A stretch of DNA of 64,000 bases, taken from positions 12,904 through 76,903 of the forward strand of contig JABHUQ010000006.1 in NCBI GenBank assembly GCA_018658715.1. The letters run 5' to 3'. This document shows, piece by piece, positions 38,595 to 48,226 of this stretch. A program made the position numbers and the translations under genes. The notes under the pieces are model-generated. The model saw nothing but the letters and a program-made list of their open reading frames with translations. It had not been told where the DNA came from and searched no databases. Each line of letters starts with the position of its first letter. The first letter of the stretch is position 1. Source of the stretch: Fidelibacterota bacterium. GTDB taxonomy: Bacteria; Fidelibacterota; Marinisomatia; Marinisomatales; UBA1611.

Positions 38595-39961
38595 AAACAG
38601 AATTATTTGAACACGAAATAACACTTCTTAGAGATACGTTTCGAAGATTACTTCGGAGGCATGCGCGTACAAATCTCGTAAAATTAATTCAAAAAACTCA
38701 TACGGCAGATTTAGCTGTCATTTTTAGATATTTTTCTGATGTTGAGCAAGAACAAGTTTTTAAATTGATGCAGGATGATGAAAGTACTGCAGAATTCTTA
38801 AGTGCTTTAGATGAATCAATTTTAACTAATATATTAGAAAGAGAACAATCTGAACGTATTGCTATGATTGTTCGTGAAGCTGGATCTAATGATCAGGGAA
38901 ATATTCTTAATTCATTGTCTGAAGATAAGACGCAATCCGTTTTAGAATTATTGCGCAGAGATGAACAGGAAGAAATAGAAGAAATATTAGCTTACCCCGA
39001 AGATAGCGCTGGTTCATTAATGTCAACTGACGTCTTTGCGCTTCACCAAGATTCAACATCTAGGGCCGCCTTAAAAGCCCTCCAAGACCAAGATGAAGCT
39101 GAAATGGCTTTCTATATATATGTTACTGATGATGATGAAAGATTAGTCGGAGTCATCAGTTTAAGAACGTTAGCTATTACTCATCCTGAAACACTATTGA
39201 GTGGTATTATGATTAAAAGTGTTCATATGGTTCGCGCAGAAACTGATCAAGAAGATGTAGCACAACTAGTGGCACAATATAATTATCTAGCAGTTCCTGT
39301 TGTGGATGGGGATACACGCTTACTAGGGATTGTAACGGTTGATGATGTTGTTGATGTTATTCGAGAAGAGGCTACGGAAGATTTTCTCCAAATGGCTGGT
39401 GCTGGTAAAGATAGAGAAATACTGAATAAATCAAGCTGGGATAATGCTAAAGCTAGACTCCCTTGGCTTTTTGCTAGCTGGTTAGGTGGAATTTTAGCTG
39501 CAACTGTAATTGGTGTTTATGAAGATGTTCTACAAAGTACCATTGCCCTTGCTGCATTTATTCCTGTCATTATGGGTATGGGTGGAAATATTGGGACTCA
39601 ATCTTCAACCATCGTTGTGCGAGGCATTGCTACAGGGCGTGTTGATTTTGGCAGTGAATTTAAAATTATAATGAAAGAAGTGACTGTTGGGTTTATTCTA
39701 GGTGGTTTATATGGGATCTTACTGGGATTATTTGCCATGTTTCGATTCATTGATGCGCCTGCATATTTAGGGTTAGTTGTTGGTTTAAGTATCGGGTTAT
39801 CCATGTTGGTCGCAGCAGCGGTCGGCACTATTATTCCGCTTTTTCTTAGAAAAGTAGATATTGATCCAGCAATTGCAACGGGTCCATTTGTAACAACAAG
39901 TGTTGATGTTGTTGGTGTATTGCTTTATTTCGTTATTGCTACTTCGTTTTTAAATCTGTAA
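38591..39961 (+). CDS. mgtE: Magnesium transporter MgtE
   Basis: N-domain, tandem CBS region and TM domain with GMGGNIGTQSSTIVVRG. Confidence 0.9.
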   Translation: MKTELFEHEITLLRDTFRRLLRRHARTNLVKLIQKTHTADLAVIFRYFSDVEQEQVFKLMQDDESTAEFLSALDESILTNILEREQSERIAMIVREAGSNDQGNILNSLSEDKTQSVLELLRRDEQEEIEEILAYPEDSAGSLMSTDVFALHQDSTSRAALKALQDQDEAEMAFYIYVTDDDERLVGVISLRTLAITHPETLLSGIMIKSVHMVRAETDQEDVAQLVAQYNYLAVPVVDGDTRLLGIVTVDDVVDVIREEATEDFLQMAGAGKDREILNKSSWDNAKARLPWLFASWLGGILAATVIGVYEDVLQSTIALAAFIPVIMGMGGNIGTQSSTIVVRGIATGRVDFGSEFKIIMKEVTVGFILGGLYGILLGLFAMFRFIDAPAYLGLVVGLSIGLSMLVAAAVGTIIPLFLRKVDIDPAIATGPFVTTSVDVVGVLLYFVIATSFLNL

Positions 39962-39974
39962 CCAAGAAAAGAGT

Positions 39975-41066
39975 ATGGGTTCTCTTCTTTTTTTATCTTT
40001 AGCAATTTATGGTGGGTTTATAATCTATATTATTATTGGTCTTTTCCGATATATTGATAATGACTGGGATGAAATACCGCATAAATCTGTATCAATTGTG
40101 ATTGCTGCACGTAATGAGGAAAATAATCTAGAATCACTTTTGAATGATATTGCTCTTCAAGATTATCCATTAGATTTATTGGAAGTGTCTATTGTGGATG
40201 ATCGTTCTACAGATAAAACATGGGAAATTATTACACAATTTTCTGAAAAATATTCCTTTATCAGGGGAATACAAATTCATGAATTGTCAGAAGAAATGAC
40301 TCCTAAAAAGAATGCCCTAACAAAAGCCGTCGAAATGACATCTGGAGATATAATTGTTACAACAGATGCAGATTGTAGAGTTCCGACAACTTGGGTTTCT
40401 TCGATGGTTAAATCATTAGGTGACAATTATTCTATTTCGATCGGTTATTCTCAAACACTTGTTTCAGCCAATTCCTTATTTCATCGTTTCCAAAATATGG
40501 ACTTTTTAGGGATTATGGTGGCTAATGCGGGTGCTGCTGGATGGAATAACTACTGGTCTGGTTCTGGGCAAAACCTTGCTTATTTAAGATCTGCTTTCGA
40601 AGAAATAGGCGGATTTAAGCCCGTTCATTATCGTATTTCTGGCGATGATATGTATTTAGTTCAATCCATATCCAAGATCGGGAAAGCTACTTTTAATATT
40701 GATTTAGGTGGATCTGTTAAAACAACTCCGACGGAAACAGTAGAACAGTTTGTTAATCAACGATCTCGTTGGGCCTCAAATTCGCGAAGAATGTCAGAAG
40801 GGTCTTACTCTTTCTTTCTATTCTTAGTGGCAGCTTTTTTAAGTAATGTATTTATTTTTATATCATTTTTTTTTGGAATAGGGCCTTTTATTTCAGCATT
40901 TTTGATTAAATTTATATTCGAGGGAAGTGTTCTGTTTTTTGGAGGACAATTGTTTAAAACGCCGACCCCTTTTTATGTGTATATCTTGTGGGCTTTCATT
41001 CAGCCGTTCTATATCCCCGCAATTGCGTTAATGGGTTTGAATGATAAGTTTAAATGGAAGCCTTAA
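39975..41066 (+). CDS. Family 2 glycosyltransferase, membrane-embedded (processive-type QxxRW motif)
   Basis: SIVIAARNEE, DAD C (DxD) and QRSRW motifs, with C-terminal TM helices. Confidence 0.8.
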   Translation: MGSLLFLSLAIYGGFIIYIIIGLFRYIDNDWDEIPHKSVSIVIAARNEENNLESLLNDIALQDYPLDLLEVSIVDDRSTDKTWEIITQFSEKYSFIRGIQIHELSEEMTPKKNALTKAVEMTSGDIIVTTDADCRVPTTWVSSMVKSLGDNYSISIGYSQTLVSANSLFHRFQNMDFLGIMVANAGAAGWNNYWSGSGQNLAYLRSAFEEIGGFKPVHYRISGDDMYLVQSISKIGKATFNIDLGGSVKTTPTETVEQFVNQRSRWASNSRRMSEGSYSFFLFLVAAFLSNVFIFISFFFGIGPFISAFLIKFIFEGSVLFFGGQLFKTPTPFYVYILWAFIQPFYIPAIALMGLNDKFKWKP

Positions 41067-41067
41067 A

Positions 41068-41754
41068 ATGAAAGTTGTTATTGTTCTGATAATTACTTCT
41101 TTTCTTTCAGCGCATCAATATACTGTTTCAATTTTTGGTATTCCAATTGTCAATGTTACAATGATTCAAAATAATGCCACATCTCTTTCATTTGAAACAA
41201 AAACGGTGGGTGTCTTTGATGTCGTTTGGCCTCTTAATAATAAGTATTCTGTTACTTTCGATTCAACATCATTTGGCATACAAACATATGAAAAAAATAT
41301 TGACCAGGGTGAGTTCACTCAGTCACTTTCTGCTGTTTATAATAATAAATTGCATGCTCTAGACTATAAAGATGGTCCTTCTATTTCTAGAGAAAAATCC
41401 TGTAAAACAATTTTATCTCTTTTAGCTTGGGCTCAAAATTCACCATCTGACCGTTCAGATGCAAAATGGTTTCCGATGGAACATGAAGGTGATTTATACG
41501 ATTCTCGCCTTCTTTTAGCTGATACACCATTTTTAAATATTTTTGAAGATTCTACTTTAACTGATCATTATCGATTAGATTTAAAATTAAAAGAGCCTGG
41601 GAAATTCCTTGATAGAACCGATTATTTTATGGAACATATTGTTATGCCAGGAATGGTAAAACAATTATGGATCGAACATGAATACCCTTACCGCATTATA
41701 CAAGCATCTGTTTCGGTTTGGAATTTGGATGTGAAAGCACTGATAAATGAGTAA
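41068..41754 (+). CDS. Hypothetical secreted protein (DUF3108-like by eye)
   Basis: Signal peptide MKVVIVLIITSFLSA. The start lies 2 nt after the GT2 stop. Confidence 0.35.
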   Translation: MKVVIVLIITSFLSAHQYTVSIFGIPIVNVTMIQNNATSLSFETKTVGVFDVVWPLNNKYSVTFDSTSFGIQTYEKNIDQGEFTQSLSAVYNNKLHALDYKDGPSISREKSCKTILSLLAWAQNSPSDRSDAKWFPMEHEGDLYDSRLLLADTPFLNIFEDSTLTDHYRLDLKLKEPGKFLDRTDYFMEHIVMPGMVKQLWIEHEYPYRIIQASVSVWNLDVKALINE

Positions 41755-42130
41755 AATATCTTCCATTAAAAATTATAAAAAACAAATCCTAATGTGGATT
41801 GTTATATTAATTGCAATTGTCGTTGCTCTTCGATCGGGAATTGATGAGAAAATTGTTGTTTTTGTCACATTAGTATTGGGGGTTTTTACACAGATTTTTG
41901 CTGGACTGGGTGCATTAATTGCACTCGTTCCATTTGTGGGCCCACTCATTATCAAAGTTTTAACCATTCCCATTTTTTGGGTATTAAATGCTATGGGATA
42001 TGTAGTTTCGGGGGTAGCCATTAAAAAAGGATATGCTCAAGAATTAGCTAAAAGTCGAATTGTTACATTAGGATTATTAATTGGAATCATTATTGGCTAT
42101 ATCATTGGCCATATTGTTCCGCTACGGTAG
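41747..42130 (+). CDS. Small hypothetical membrane protein (4 TM segments)
   Basis: 127-aa hydrophobic ORF with an 8-nt overlap with the previous gene. Confidence 0.35.
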   Translation: MSKISSIKNYKKQILMWIVILIAIVVALRSGIDEKIVVFVTLVLGVFTQIFAGLGALIALVPFVGPLIIKVLTIPIFWVLNAMGYVVSGVAIKKGYAQELAKSRIVTLGLLIGIIIGYIIGHIVPLR

Positions 42131-42135
42131 AAAAA

Positions 42136-42558
42136 ATGAAATTATTATTACTTCAGGGACCAAACTTAAATCTGTTGGGTGTGAAATCTTTTGAATCGAA
42201 TGACACTCTTACTTTGGATAAATTAAATCGTTCTATAAAAAAATATCTTCATATGAAAGATATTGAATTAAAAATATTACAAACACATAAAACATATCAG
42301 GCAATTAATTTTATTCAAAGGAACCGAAATTGGGCAGATGGTTTAATAATTATCCCAACATCTTGGGCCAAATATGAATGGACTATTCTAGAGACAATCC
42401 AATTAACTAAAATAAAAACGGTTCAAGTAAAGTTTGATCATCCATATTCATTTTCTGATCCTAATGATAAATCTATTTTTGATTCTGTTGTAGATGAAAC
42501 TTTCGTGGAATTACCCATTGAAGCTTGTCATCATGCATTTGATTATTTTTTAAAATGA
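42136..42558 (+). CDS. Type II 3-dehydroquinase (AroQ)-like protein lacking the catalytic residues
   Basis: The N-terminus LLLQGPNLNLLG matches AroQ. The RE..YG Tyr, the NPGAYTHTS motif and the HLSN His motif are all replaced (KSFESNDT; IPTSWAKYEW; VKFDHP). Confidence 0.5.
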   Translation: MKLLLLQGPNLNLLGVKSFESNDTLTLDKLNRSIKKYLHMKDIELKILQTHKTYQAINFIQRNRNWADGLIIIPTSWAKYEWTILETIQLTKIKTVQVKFDHPYSFSDPNDKSIFDSVVDETFVELPIEACHHAFDYFLK

Positions 42559-43295
42559 AAAATGTCATATTTACACTTATAACTTTTTCTACTATTTTTG
42601 GCCAACAAACTATTGGCGAAGACCCTTTGAATTCGCCCATGCATATTTTTGCTCTGCCTCACAAAGCTCCATTACAGAAAATTGAGCCATCTGGAATGCC
42701 TATATTGGCACACTTTGACTCACTTGAATTGTTACTTCCCTGTCGTGGTGTTCCCGTTCCAAAAAGAGCATCTCGCTTACCAAATGCTCCACGTACTTAT
42801 AGGAGTGGGACTCACCGTGGGATTGATTTTTTTGCAAATTGGGGAACATCTATTTTTACTCCTGCGGGTGGTGTTGTAGTGCGGGCAGATCATGATTATA
42901 AAGAAGTTCCTCCCAAGTTTCGTGTAGATTTATTAGAAGAAAGTGCCCAAGTAGGACAAACACCTTCCGATGTGTTTCATAATATTTTATTGGGGAAAGC
43001 CGTTTTTTTGGATCATGGTTTTGATCTCGTTCCCGGATATCGTGTCATTACTATTTACGCTCATATGTCTACAATAGATAAAAATATTATTCCGGGGGCG
43101 CGTGTGGATCGGGGAGATTTTCTCGGAAGAAGTGGAAACACAGGAACAAAAGATTCTACTCTTGGTACGCGCGCAGGCGCTCATCTTCACTGGGAATTAA
43201 TTCTGCAAGATGCAAATGGAGAATATTATATGGGGCAAGGTTTCCCCTATAGTGATTTATATAAAATGTTAAATCGTATTTTTGTTACGGAGTAA
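42555..43295 (+). CDS. M23 (LytM-type) metallopeptidase
   Basis: HRGIDF and GAHLHWEL motifs plus a signal peptide. Confidence 0.8.
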   Translation: MKNVIFTLITFSTIFGQQTIGEDPLNSPMHIFALPHKAPLQKIEPSGMPILAHFDSLELLLPCRGVPVPKRASRLPNAPRTYRSGTHRGIDFFANWGTSIFTPAGGVVVRADHDYKEVPPKFRVDLLEESAQVGQTPSDVFHNILLGKAVFLDHGFDLVPGYRVITIYAHMSTIDKNIIPGARVDRGDFLGRSGNTGTKDSTLGTRAGAHLHWELILQDANGEYYMGQGFPYSDLYKMLNRIFVTE

Positions 43296-44559
43296 TATAT
43301 TTAGGATTTAACCACACTTCGTTAGATGTTAAAATTCTGTTTGATAAAATATCAAACGTTAATCCTTTTTCCGATTTTAATTTTTGACTTAATATTAAAT
43401 TTATAACTTCTGTTTGTTCAATTTGTCTTAATTCTTGATCCAATATTTCTCCTGAGACATATCCTCTATTTATGGCTTCTTTTACACCTAGGTACCGGTA
43501 AGCTATGTCCTGAAATGTTTTTAGTAGAGTGAATCGACTATAAACAGGAGTCCCACTTAACTCTTTTACTAGTTTTGCTTCATTCAAAAACCATGATAAT
43601 AATTTTGGAGTTCCATTTTCAAAACCAATGGGTGGATCAAATGAAATATTTTTTAAATATGAAATAGAAATATTCTTTTTTAATTCCATTTTAATATTTT
43701 GTGAAATTTGAAATAAACTATCAATGGCTTCTTCAGAAAAAGTGAAATTATATTTTTTTACTAATGCTTGTTCTGTTTTATTTTTTTGAACTTCAAATTC
43801 TGGGGTCTTACCAGAACGAATTAAATGAATTATAGATTTTTTTGCTTCGTCAAATGCTGGCTGAGGGGCTGATTTTGTTCCATAAACTCGTATTAAATGA
43901 TAACCAAACCCCGACTCAAACGGACCTATCGTTTTTCGTGGAGGTGCATTCCAAGCTTGATATAATACTTCCGGAAGCATATTCCCCCAATATACAAATC
44001 CCAAATCACCACCTTCAACTTTCATAAGTGGATCATCAGAATAAAACCGAGCAGCTTTTTCAAAATCTAATTCGCCACTTTCTATTTTCGATACAATATT
44101 ATTAGCTATAGAAAGTGCTTCAGTTTTTGTTCTTCTAGTTTTTGTTTTATGAGCCCATTGGTGAGATATTAATATATGTCTCATTCCAACAATTTTTTCA
44201 AGCTTATGGTACGTATCGCGTAGCACACTATCAGATAATGATTTTTTCCATATTACTTTATTAAAAAGAGAATCAATAGCTATTTGGTGTTTCTTAATCA
44301 GAGTCTTTCTTTGAACATATGAGTGATTTTGTAACTCTTTTTCCAAACCTTCATTAAGAAGTATTTCATTAATAGCGCATTGTTTTAATGCCATTTCTCT
44401 TTCGTTGGGTGGCATTTTTTTAAATGAATCTCTTAACGTATTTCTGTATAAAGCATCTTCATAAACAGGGTCATCATTAATGGTTAAAACTGGTTCCTTT
44501 TTTGATGTGCAGGAAAAGAGTAATAATAATATAAATGATTTAATTAGGGGATTTTTCAT
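43285..44559 (-). CDS. Parvulin-type peptidyl-prolyl isomerase, SurA/PrsA-like lipoprotein
   Basis: Lipobox LLFSCTS. PpiC domain (RHILISH...GGDLGFVYWGNMLPEV...GYHLIRV). Confidence 0.7.
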   Translation of the reverse strand: MKNPLIKSFILLLLFSCTSKKEPVLTINDDPVYEDALYRNTLRDSFKKMPPNEREMALKQCAINEILLNEGLEKELQNHSYVQRKTLIKKHQIAIDSLFNKVIWKKSLSDSVLRDTYHKLEKIVGMRHILISHQWAHKTKTRRTKTEALSIANNIVSKIESGELDFEKAARFYSDDPLMKVEGGDLGFVYWGNMLPEVLYQAWNAPPRKTIGPFESGFGYHLIRVYGTKSAPQPAFDEAKKSIIHLIRSGKTPEFEVQKNKTEQALVKKYNFTFSEEAIDSLFQISQNIKMELKKNISISYLKNISFDPPIGFENGTPKLLSWFLNEAKLVKELSGTPVYSRFTLLKTFQDIAYRYLGVKEAINRGYVSGEILDQELRQIEQTEVINLILSQKLKSEKGLTFDILSNRILTSNEVWLNPKYITP

Positions 44560-44610
44560 CGCATAAATTAATGGGTAACTTGGGTGTGAAAAATGAGAAT
44601 AAAAGAATAA

Positions 44611-44641
44611 TAAAAAAGGGGCAAGTTGCCTTGCCCCTTTT
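44611..44641 (-). terminator. Strong rho-independent terminator closing the minus-strand cassette
   Basis: AAGGGGCAAG-TTGC-CTTGCCCCTT. On the minus strand it is followed by TTTTTTATT, 25 nt after the stop of the 44665 gene. Confidence 0.65.
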
Positions 44642-44664
44642 CTTATTTCATCAAATGAATGATC

Positions 44665-47016
44665 TTATTTCAAGAGCATCATTTTCCCAGTCAAGGACTG
44701 CTGACCAGCTTCTACTTGATATATGTAGAGACCAGAAGCAACGGATTGACCAAAGTTGTTTGTCCCGTTCCATGAAACCATGTTGGTTCCAGAAGCAAGA
44801 TTACCGCTTTGGAGTGTTGCAATTTCTTCACCTAAAACGGAGAAGATTCTTACAGTCACATCAGAACGTACATTCAAGTTGAATGCAATGTTCGTAGTTG
44901 GGTTAAATGGGTTTGGATAGTTTCCGAGTAACTCAAAAGATTGAGCCAATGGGTTTGTATCTTCATCACCTACGGATGCATACATGTCAGCCCATACTAC
45001 AGCAGAATGCAATGCACCAAATGACTGAGTACCAATCCAATGATATGGTGTTGAGTTTAAGCATAATGGATCAAAGCTAAGGAAAACAGAATTACTTCCA
45101 TTATCATGTGCTTTGTAAGGTCCAGCAGCATACGCTACAGCATCATCAGAAAGAACACCAAAAGTATCAAGAACTGTTGAGTATGCGTTGAATGAGTTGC
45201 TAAAACCATCAACAACATCAACACCGTCTAACCAGTTACTTATGCCTAATTCATAATTAGGGTCATAGTTCAAGACTAATGAATCAGCTAAGAACGAATG
45301 AAGTGCGCCAGAAATTGCATCGCCTTCAACAGCTTCTAATCTAGAAACACCATCTTGGTCTCCGCTTGCACCATAATTAATATCATTATAGTCAGCATCA
45401 ATACCAAGAACGTCATACTGAAAATCGCCTTCAACATAATCAGTGTTTGCCCAACCAGATTGTGCGCCTAACCATTCATCACCAGCTAGGACGTAGTTTT
45501 TACCACCTTCAGCAAACCATGGACCAACAGCTTCACTGTTTATCACAGATGGGCCACCGCCTGTCATTTCTATCACACTTTCGTATGCTCCCAATAGATC
45601 GCTTGTTGCGGCACCATAATTAGCACCATCCCAGAAATCATATGGATGACTTAAGCCGTACATATAGTATCCTGCAATAAAGGACCCATATTCAGCACTA
45701 TTATAGAAAAACAGTGTTGGTTGTGTTGCTTGGAAAATACTGTAGTACCATTCTGTAGTTTCTGTTTCATTTCCTTCAACGTCTGATGCAGTAATCCACC
45801 AATATATTTCTGTACCAGCATCCATTCCAGGAATTTGGCTAGAATATGTACCATCACCATTATCTGTCATATCAAATGTTTGGTATGCATGAGATGGCAT
45901 TGGGTATACATGTAATACTGCAGAGCCAACACCAGCAGCTCCACCAGATGGGTTATCATCTGCAATAGTAGCTACCACGTCACGTGCATCATTTGACATA
46001 GTTGTGTAAAGAGGTGTAACGCCGCTAATAACTGGAGCACGATCACCTGTTAGTTCAACCGCTAAATTATAGCGAATGAGCCAATGACGAATATGCCAAC
46101 CACCGTTACCAGAAGTACCACCACATCCTGCATAGAACTTCATGAAAGCCCATGGAGAAACAACACCGTTACCTTCTGCATAGAAGAAACCAGTTGCTTC
46201 ATCGTCGCCGCCACCGTCACCAGTGTAAGCAACCATAATACCAACCCATTCACCAGCTAGTAATGCTGGTTCGGAACCAAAGTCTGAAAAGTTGATCCAA
46301 TGGTCAGTAATTCCATCCACAGCATAATCGCCGTGTGTTTCTGGTGTCATTGTTACAGCAGTAACACCGTCTGGCCATACAAGACCCATAACAGGAACTC
46401 CGGGAGGTCCAAAACCTGCCTCGAATCCCAATGGATCTGTTGCGCCTTCTGCAACAGCATTAGCACCATCTGAACAAATACCAACTGTTCCTCCAGCTGT
46501 GTATTCTGAGCCTTCAATAGAAACAGAACCATCTTCAGCCATATCATATCCACCGATCCATCCGTCACCATCAACAGCGTCACTGCTATATGCAGTTTCA
46601 CCATCAGCGGTCATTGGATAAGAAAGCTTATGGACAGACACAGAAAATTCCTGATCGCCAGTACCCCATTCATAAATGGGAATATTTACACCCTTTAGGG
46701 TCGCATCAGCTGGTAATTGATACATCATTAACATAGCATCACCTGGAGATTGGATGAATTGACCACCCCAACCTACTTGTGAATCATATGACATTGTATC
46801 AGCAGTACCACGGTTGAAACGCTGAGTGTATTCCTTACGAGGAAGTACAATCGGTCCCGTTAAAGCATCTGCTTCACCTGTTGAGCCGTTCTCTGAATAA
46901 TGCAATCCTAAGTGGCTTCCAGCGCGGTCTACCGAACCAGATTTTGCTCCTTCTGCAGAAAGAGTCCATGTTAGGACGAGCATTACGCTTAAGAACTTTA
47001 TCACATTCTTACTCAT
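44665..47016 (-). CDS. Secreted ~783-aa protein of unknown function with a T9SS type-A C-terminal sorting domain
   Basis: AAGGAG ribosome-binding site upstream of the ATG at 47016 and signal peptide MSKNVIKFLSVMLVLTWTLSAEG. C-terminus NYPNPFNPTTNIAFNL...VRIFSVLGEEI...SGLYIYQVEAGQQSLTGKMMLLK. The body is G/D/A/Y-rich with no catalytic motif seen. Confidence 0.7.
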   Translation of the reverse strand: MSKNVIKFLSVMLVLTWTLSAEGAKSGSVDRAGSHLGLHYSENGSTGEADALTGPIVLPRKEYTQRFNRGTADTMSYDSQVGWGGQFIQSPGDAMLMMYQLPADATLKGVNIPIYEWGTGDQEFSVSVHKLSYPMTADGETAYSSDAVDGDGWIGGYDMAEDGSVSIEGSEYTAGGTVGICSDGANAVAEGATDPLGFEAGFGPPGVPVMGLVWPDGVTAVTMTPETHGDYAVDGITDHWINFSDFGSEPALLAGEWVGIMVAYTGDGGGDDEATGFFYAEGNGVVSPWAFMKFYAGCGGTSGNGGWHIRHWLIRYNLAVELTGDRAPVISGVTPLYTTMSNDARDVVATIADDNPSGGAAGVGSAVLHVYPMPSHAYQTFDMTDNGDGTYSSQIPGMDAGTEIYWWITASDVEGNETETTEWYYSIFQATQPTLFFYNSAEYGSFIAGYYMYGLSHPYDFWDGANYGAATSDLLGAYESVIEMTGGGPSVINSEAVGPWFAEGGKNYVLAGDEWLGAQSGWANTDYVEGDFQYDVLGIDADYNDINYGASGDQDGVSRLEAVEGDAISGALHSFLADSLVLNYDPNYELGISNWLDGVDVVDGFSNSFNAYSTVLDTFGVLSDDAVAYAAGPYKAHDNGSNSVFLSFDPLCLNSTPYHWIGTQSFGALHSAVVWADMYASVGDEDTNPLAQSFELLGNYPNPFNPTTNIAFNLNVRSDVTVRIFSVLGEEIATLQSGNLASGTNMVSWNGTNNFGQSVASGLYIYQVEAGQQSLTGKMMLLK

Positions 47017-47110
47017 TTTAACTCCTTTGTTTGTTTTTCTTGCTTGCAAGCAACAATAAATAGGAATACAACCTGTATTTTGCCCCACTTATTGCGCCTT
47101 CTACCTTTGT

Positions 47111-48211
47111 TTAAAAGGCGAAGTTTAAAGATAACCAGCTTACTCCACTGAAAAATTCAGCAGATCTATATGCATAGTCTACGGATAAACCTACACCTAA
47201 TAGTTTGGAAAAGTCCAGTCCAAATCCAAAAGACGGACCCCAGATAAAATCTTCAGTTTTTTGTTCCCAAACAACATCATCGCTATCGTCAGTAGTTCCT
47301 TCAATACCATCGTCTCCGAATGGTTCTGGGTCTTGAGCTAATGCCATTCCGCCGCGGAGATAAAGCATTCCCATGGTTTTGACTTCAGCGCCAAAGCGAT
47401 ATTCATCAAATGAAAAATTATTATTTAGAAAGGATGCTGCTAAGATAACGTCATTTCCGGAAAAGGACTTATTATACGCAACACCCATCTCAAATGTTGT
47501 GGGCATTTCAAATTGAGAAGTTCCAACTTGACGTGGCTCGTTGGGAGTCCCCGGGTTTGTTCCCACAGGCTGATGAAATTCATCTAAATCTGATCCACTG
47601 AATTTCATATTTGTTCCAAGGTTTCTGATCGATGCCCCAAGTTGAATATTACTAATATTGTATTGAACACCTGCGTCTACAGCAAAACCCGTAGCTGTTT
47701 CTCGCATAATAGATTCATTCACAATTTTAAACTCAGTCCCAAAACGAATTCGATCTGTTACGCGACGTGCATACATAGCGCCCAGCGTAAAGAATCGAGG
47801 TGAATACATTTCACCTGTTCCATCCGGTTGGAATGCAGTTGTAACTGGGATATCACCAAAGTCGAATGACTTTAAAGATACACCAAACATATTTGCGCCC
47901 ACAGAAGTGGCTACAATACCGTAAGACATATCAATGTCAGCAATCCAATTACTTTGAGAGAACATAGCTTCTCCACTACTTTCCATACCGCCTAGACCAG
48001 CAATATTCCAATGGGCAGCTTCAACACCTGTAATACCGGCAACATAAGCACCTGACATTGCTGTCCCTCGTGAACCGAGTGGCATTAATAGTTCCTGAGC
48101 TCCTGCTGTTCCGCGACGAGCCTTACTCCCCGCTTCTACTGCTGTACTCAGAAAAAAGATTCCGAGCAGAAGCCCTATAGATACATATTTGTAATAAATA
48201 GATTTATACAT
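47111..48211 (-). CDS. PorV/PorQ-family (FadL-like) outer membrane beta-barrel, paralog 1
   Basis: GGAGGA ribosome-binding site before the ATG at 48211 and a signal peptide. GTAGAQELLMPLGSRGTAMSGAYVAGITGVEAAHWNIAGLG matches the family N-terminal signature. C-terminal ...LNFAF. Confidence 0.65.
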   Translation of the reverse strand: MYKSIYYKYVSIGLLLGIFFLSTAVEAGSKARRGTAGAQELLMPLGSRGTAMSGAYVAGITGVEAAHWNIAGLGGMESSGEAMFSQSNWIADIDMSYGIVATSVGANMFGVSLKSFDFGDIPVTTAFQPDGTGEMYSPRFFTLGAMYARRVTDRIRFGTEFKIVNESIMRETATGFAVDAGVQYNISNIQLGASIRNLGTNMKFSGSDLDEFHQPVGTNPGTPNEPRQVGTSQFEMPTTFEMGVAYNKSFSGNDVILAASFLNNNFSFDEYRFGAEVKTMGMLYLRGGMALAQDPEPFGDDGIEGTTDDSDDVVWEQKTEDFIWGPSFGFGLDFSKLLGVGLSVDYAYRSAEFFSGVSWLSLNFAF

Positions 48212-48226
48212 TCTATCCTCCAATGC

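Noticed and set aside
44571-44882. 103-aa plus-strand ORF spanning the 44.6-kb intergenic region.
   Set aside because: It runs through the rho-independent terminator hairpin and antisense to the conserved CTD-coding 3' end of the 44665..47016 gene. Spurious.
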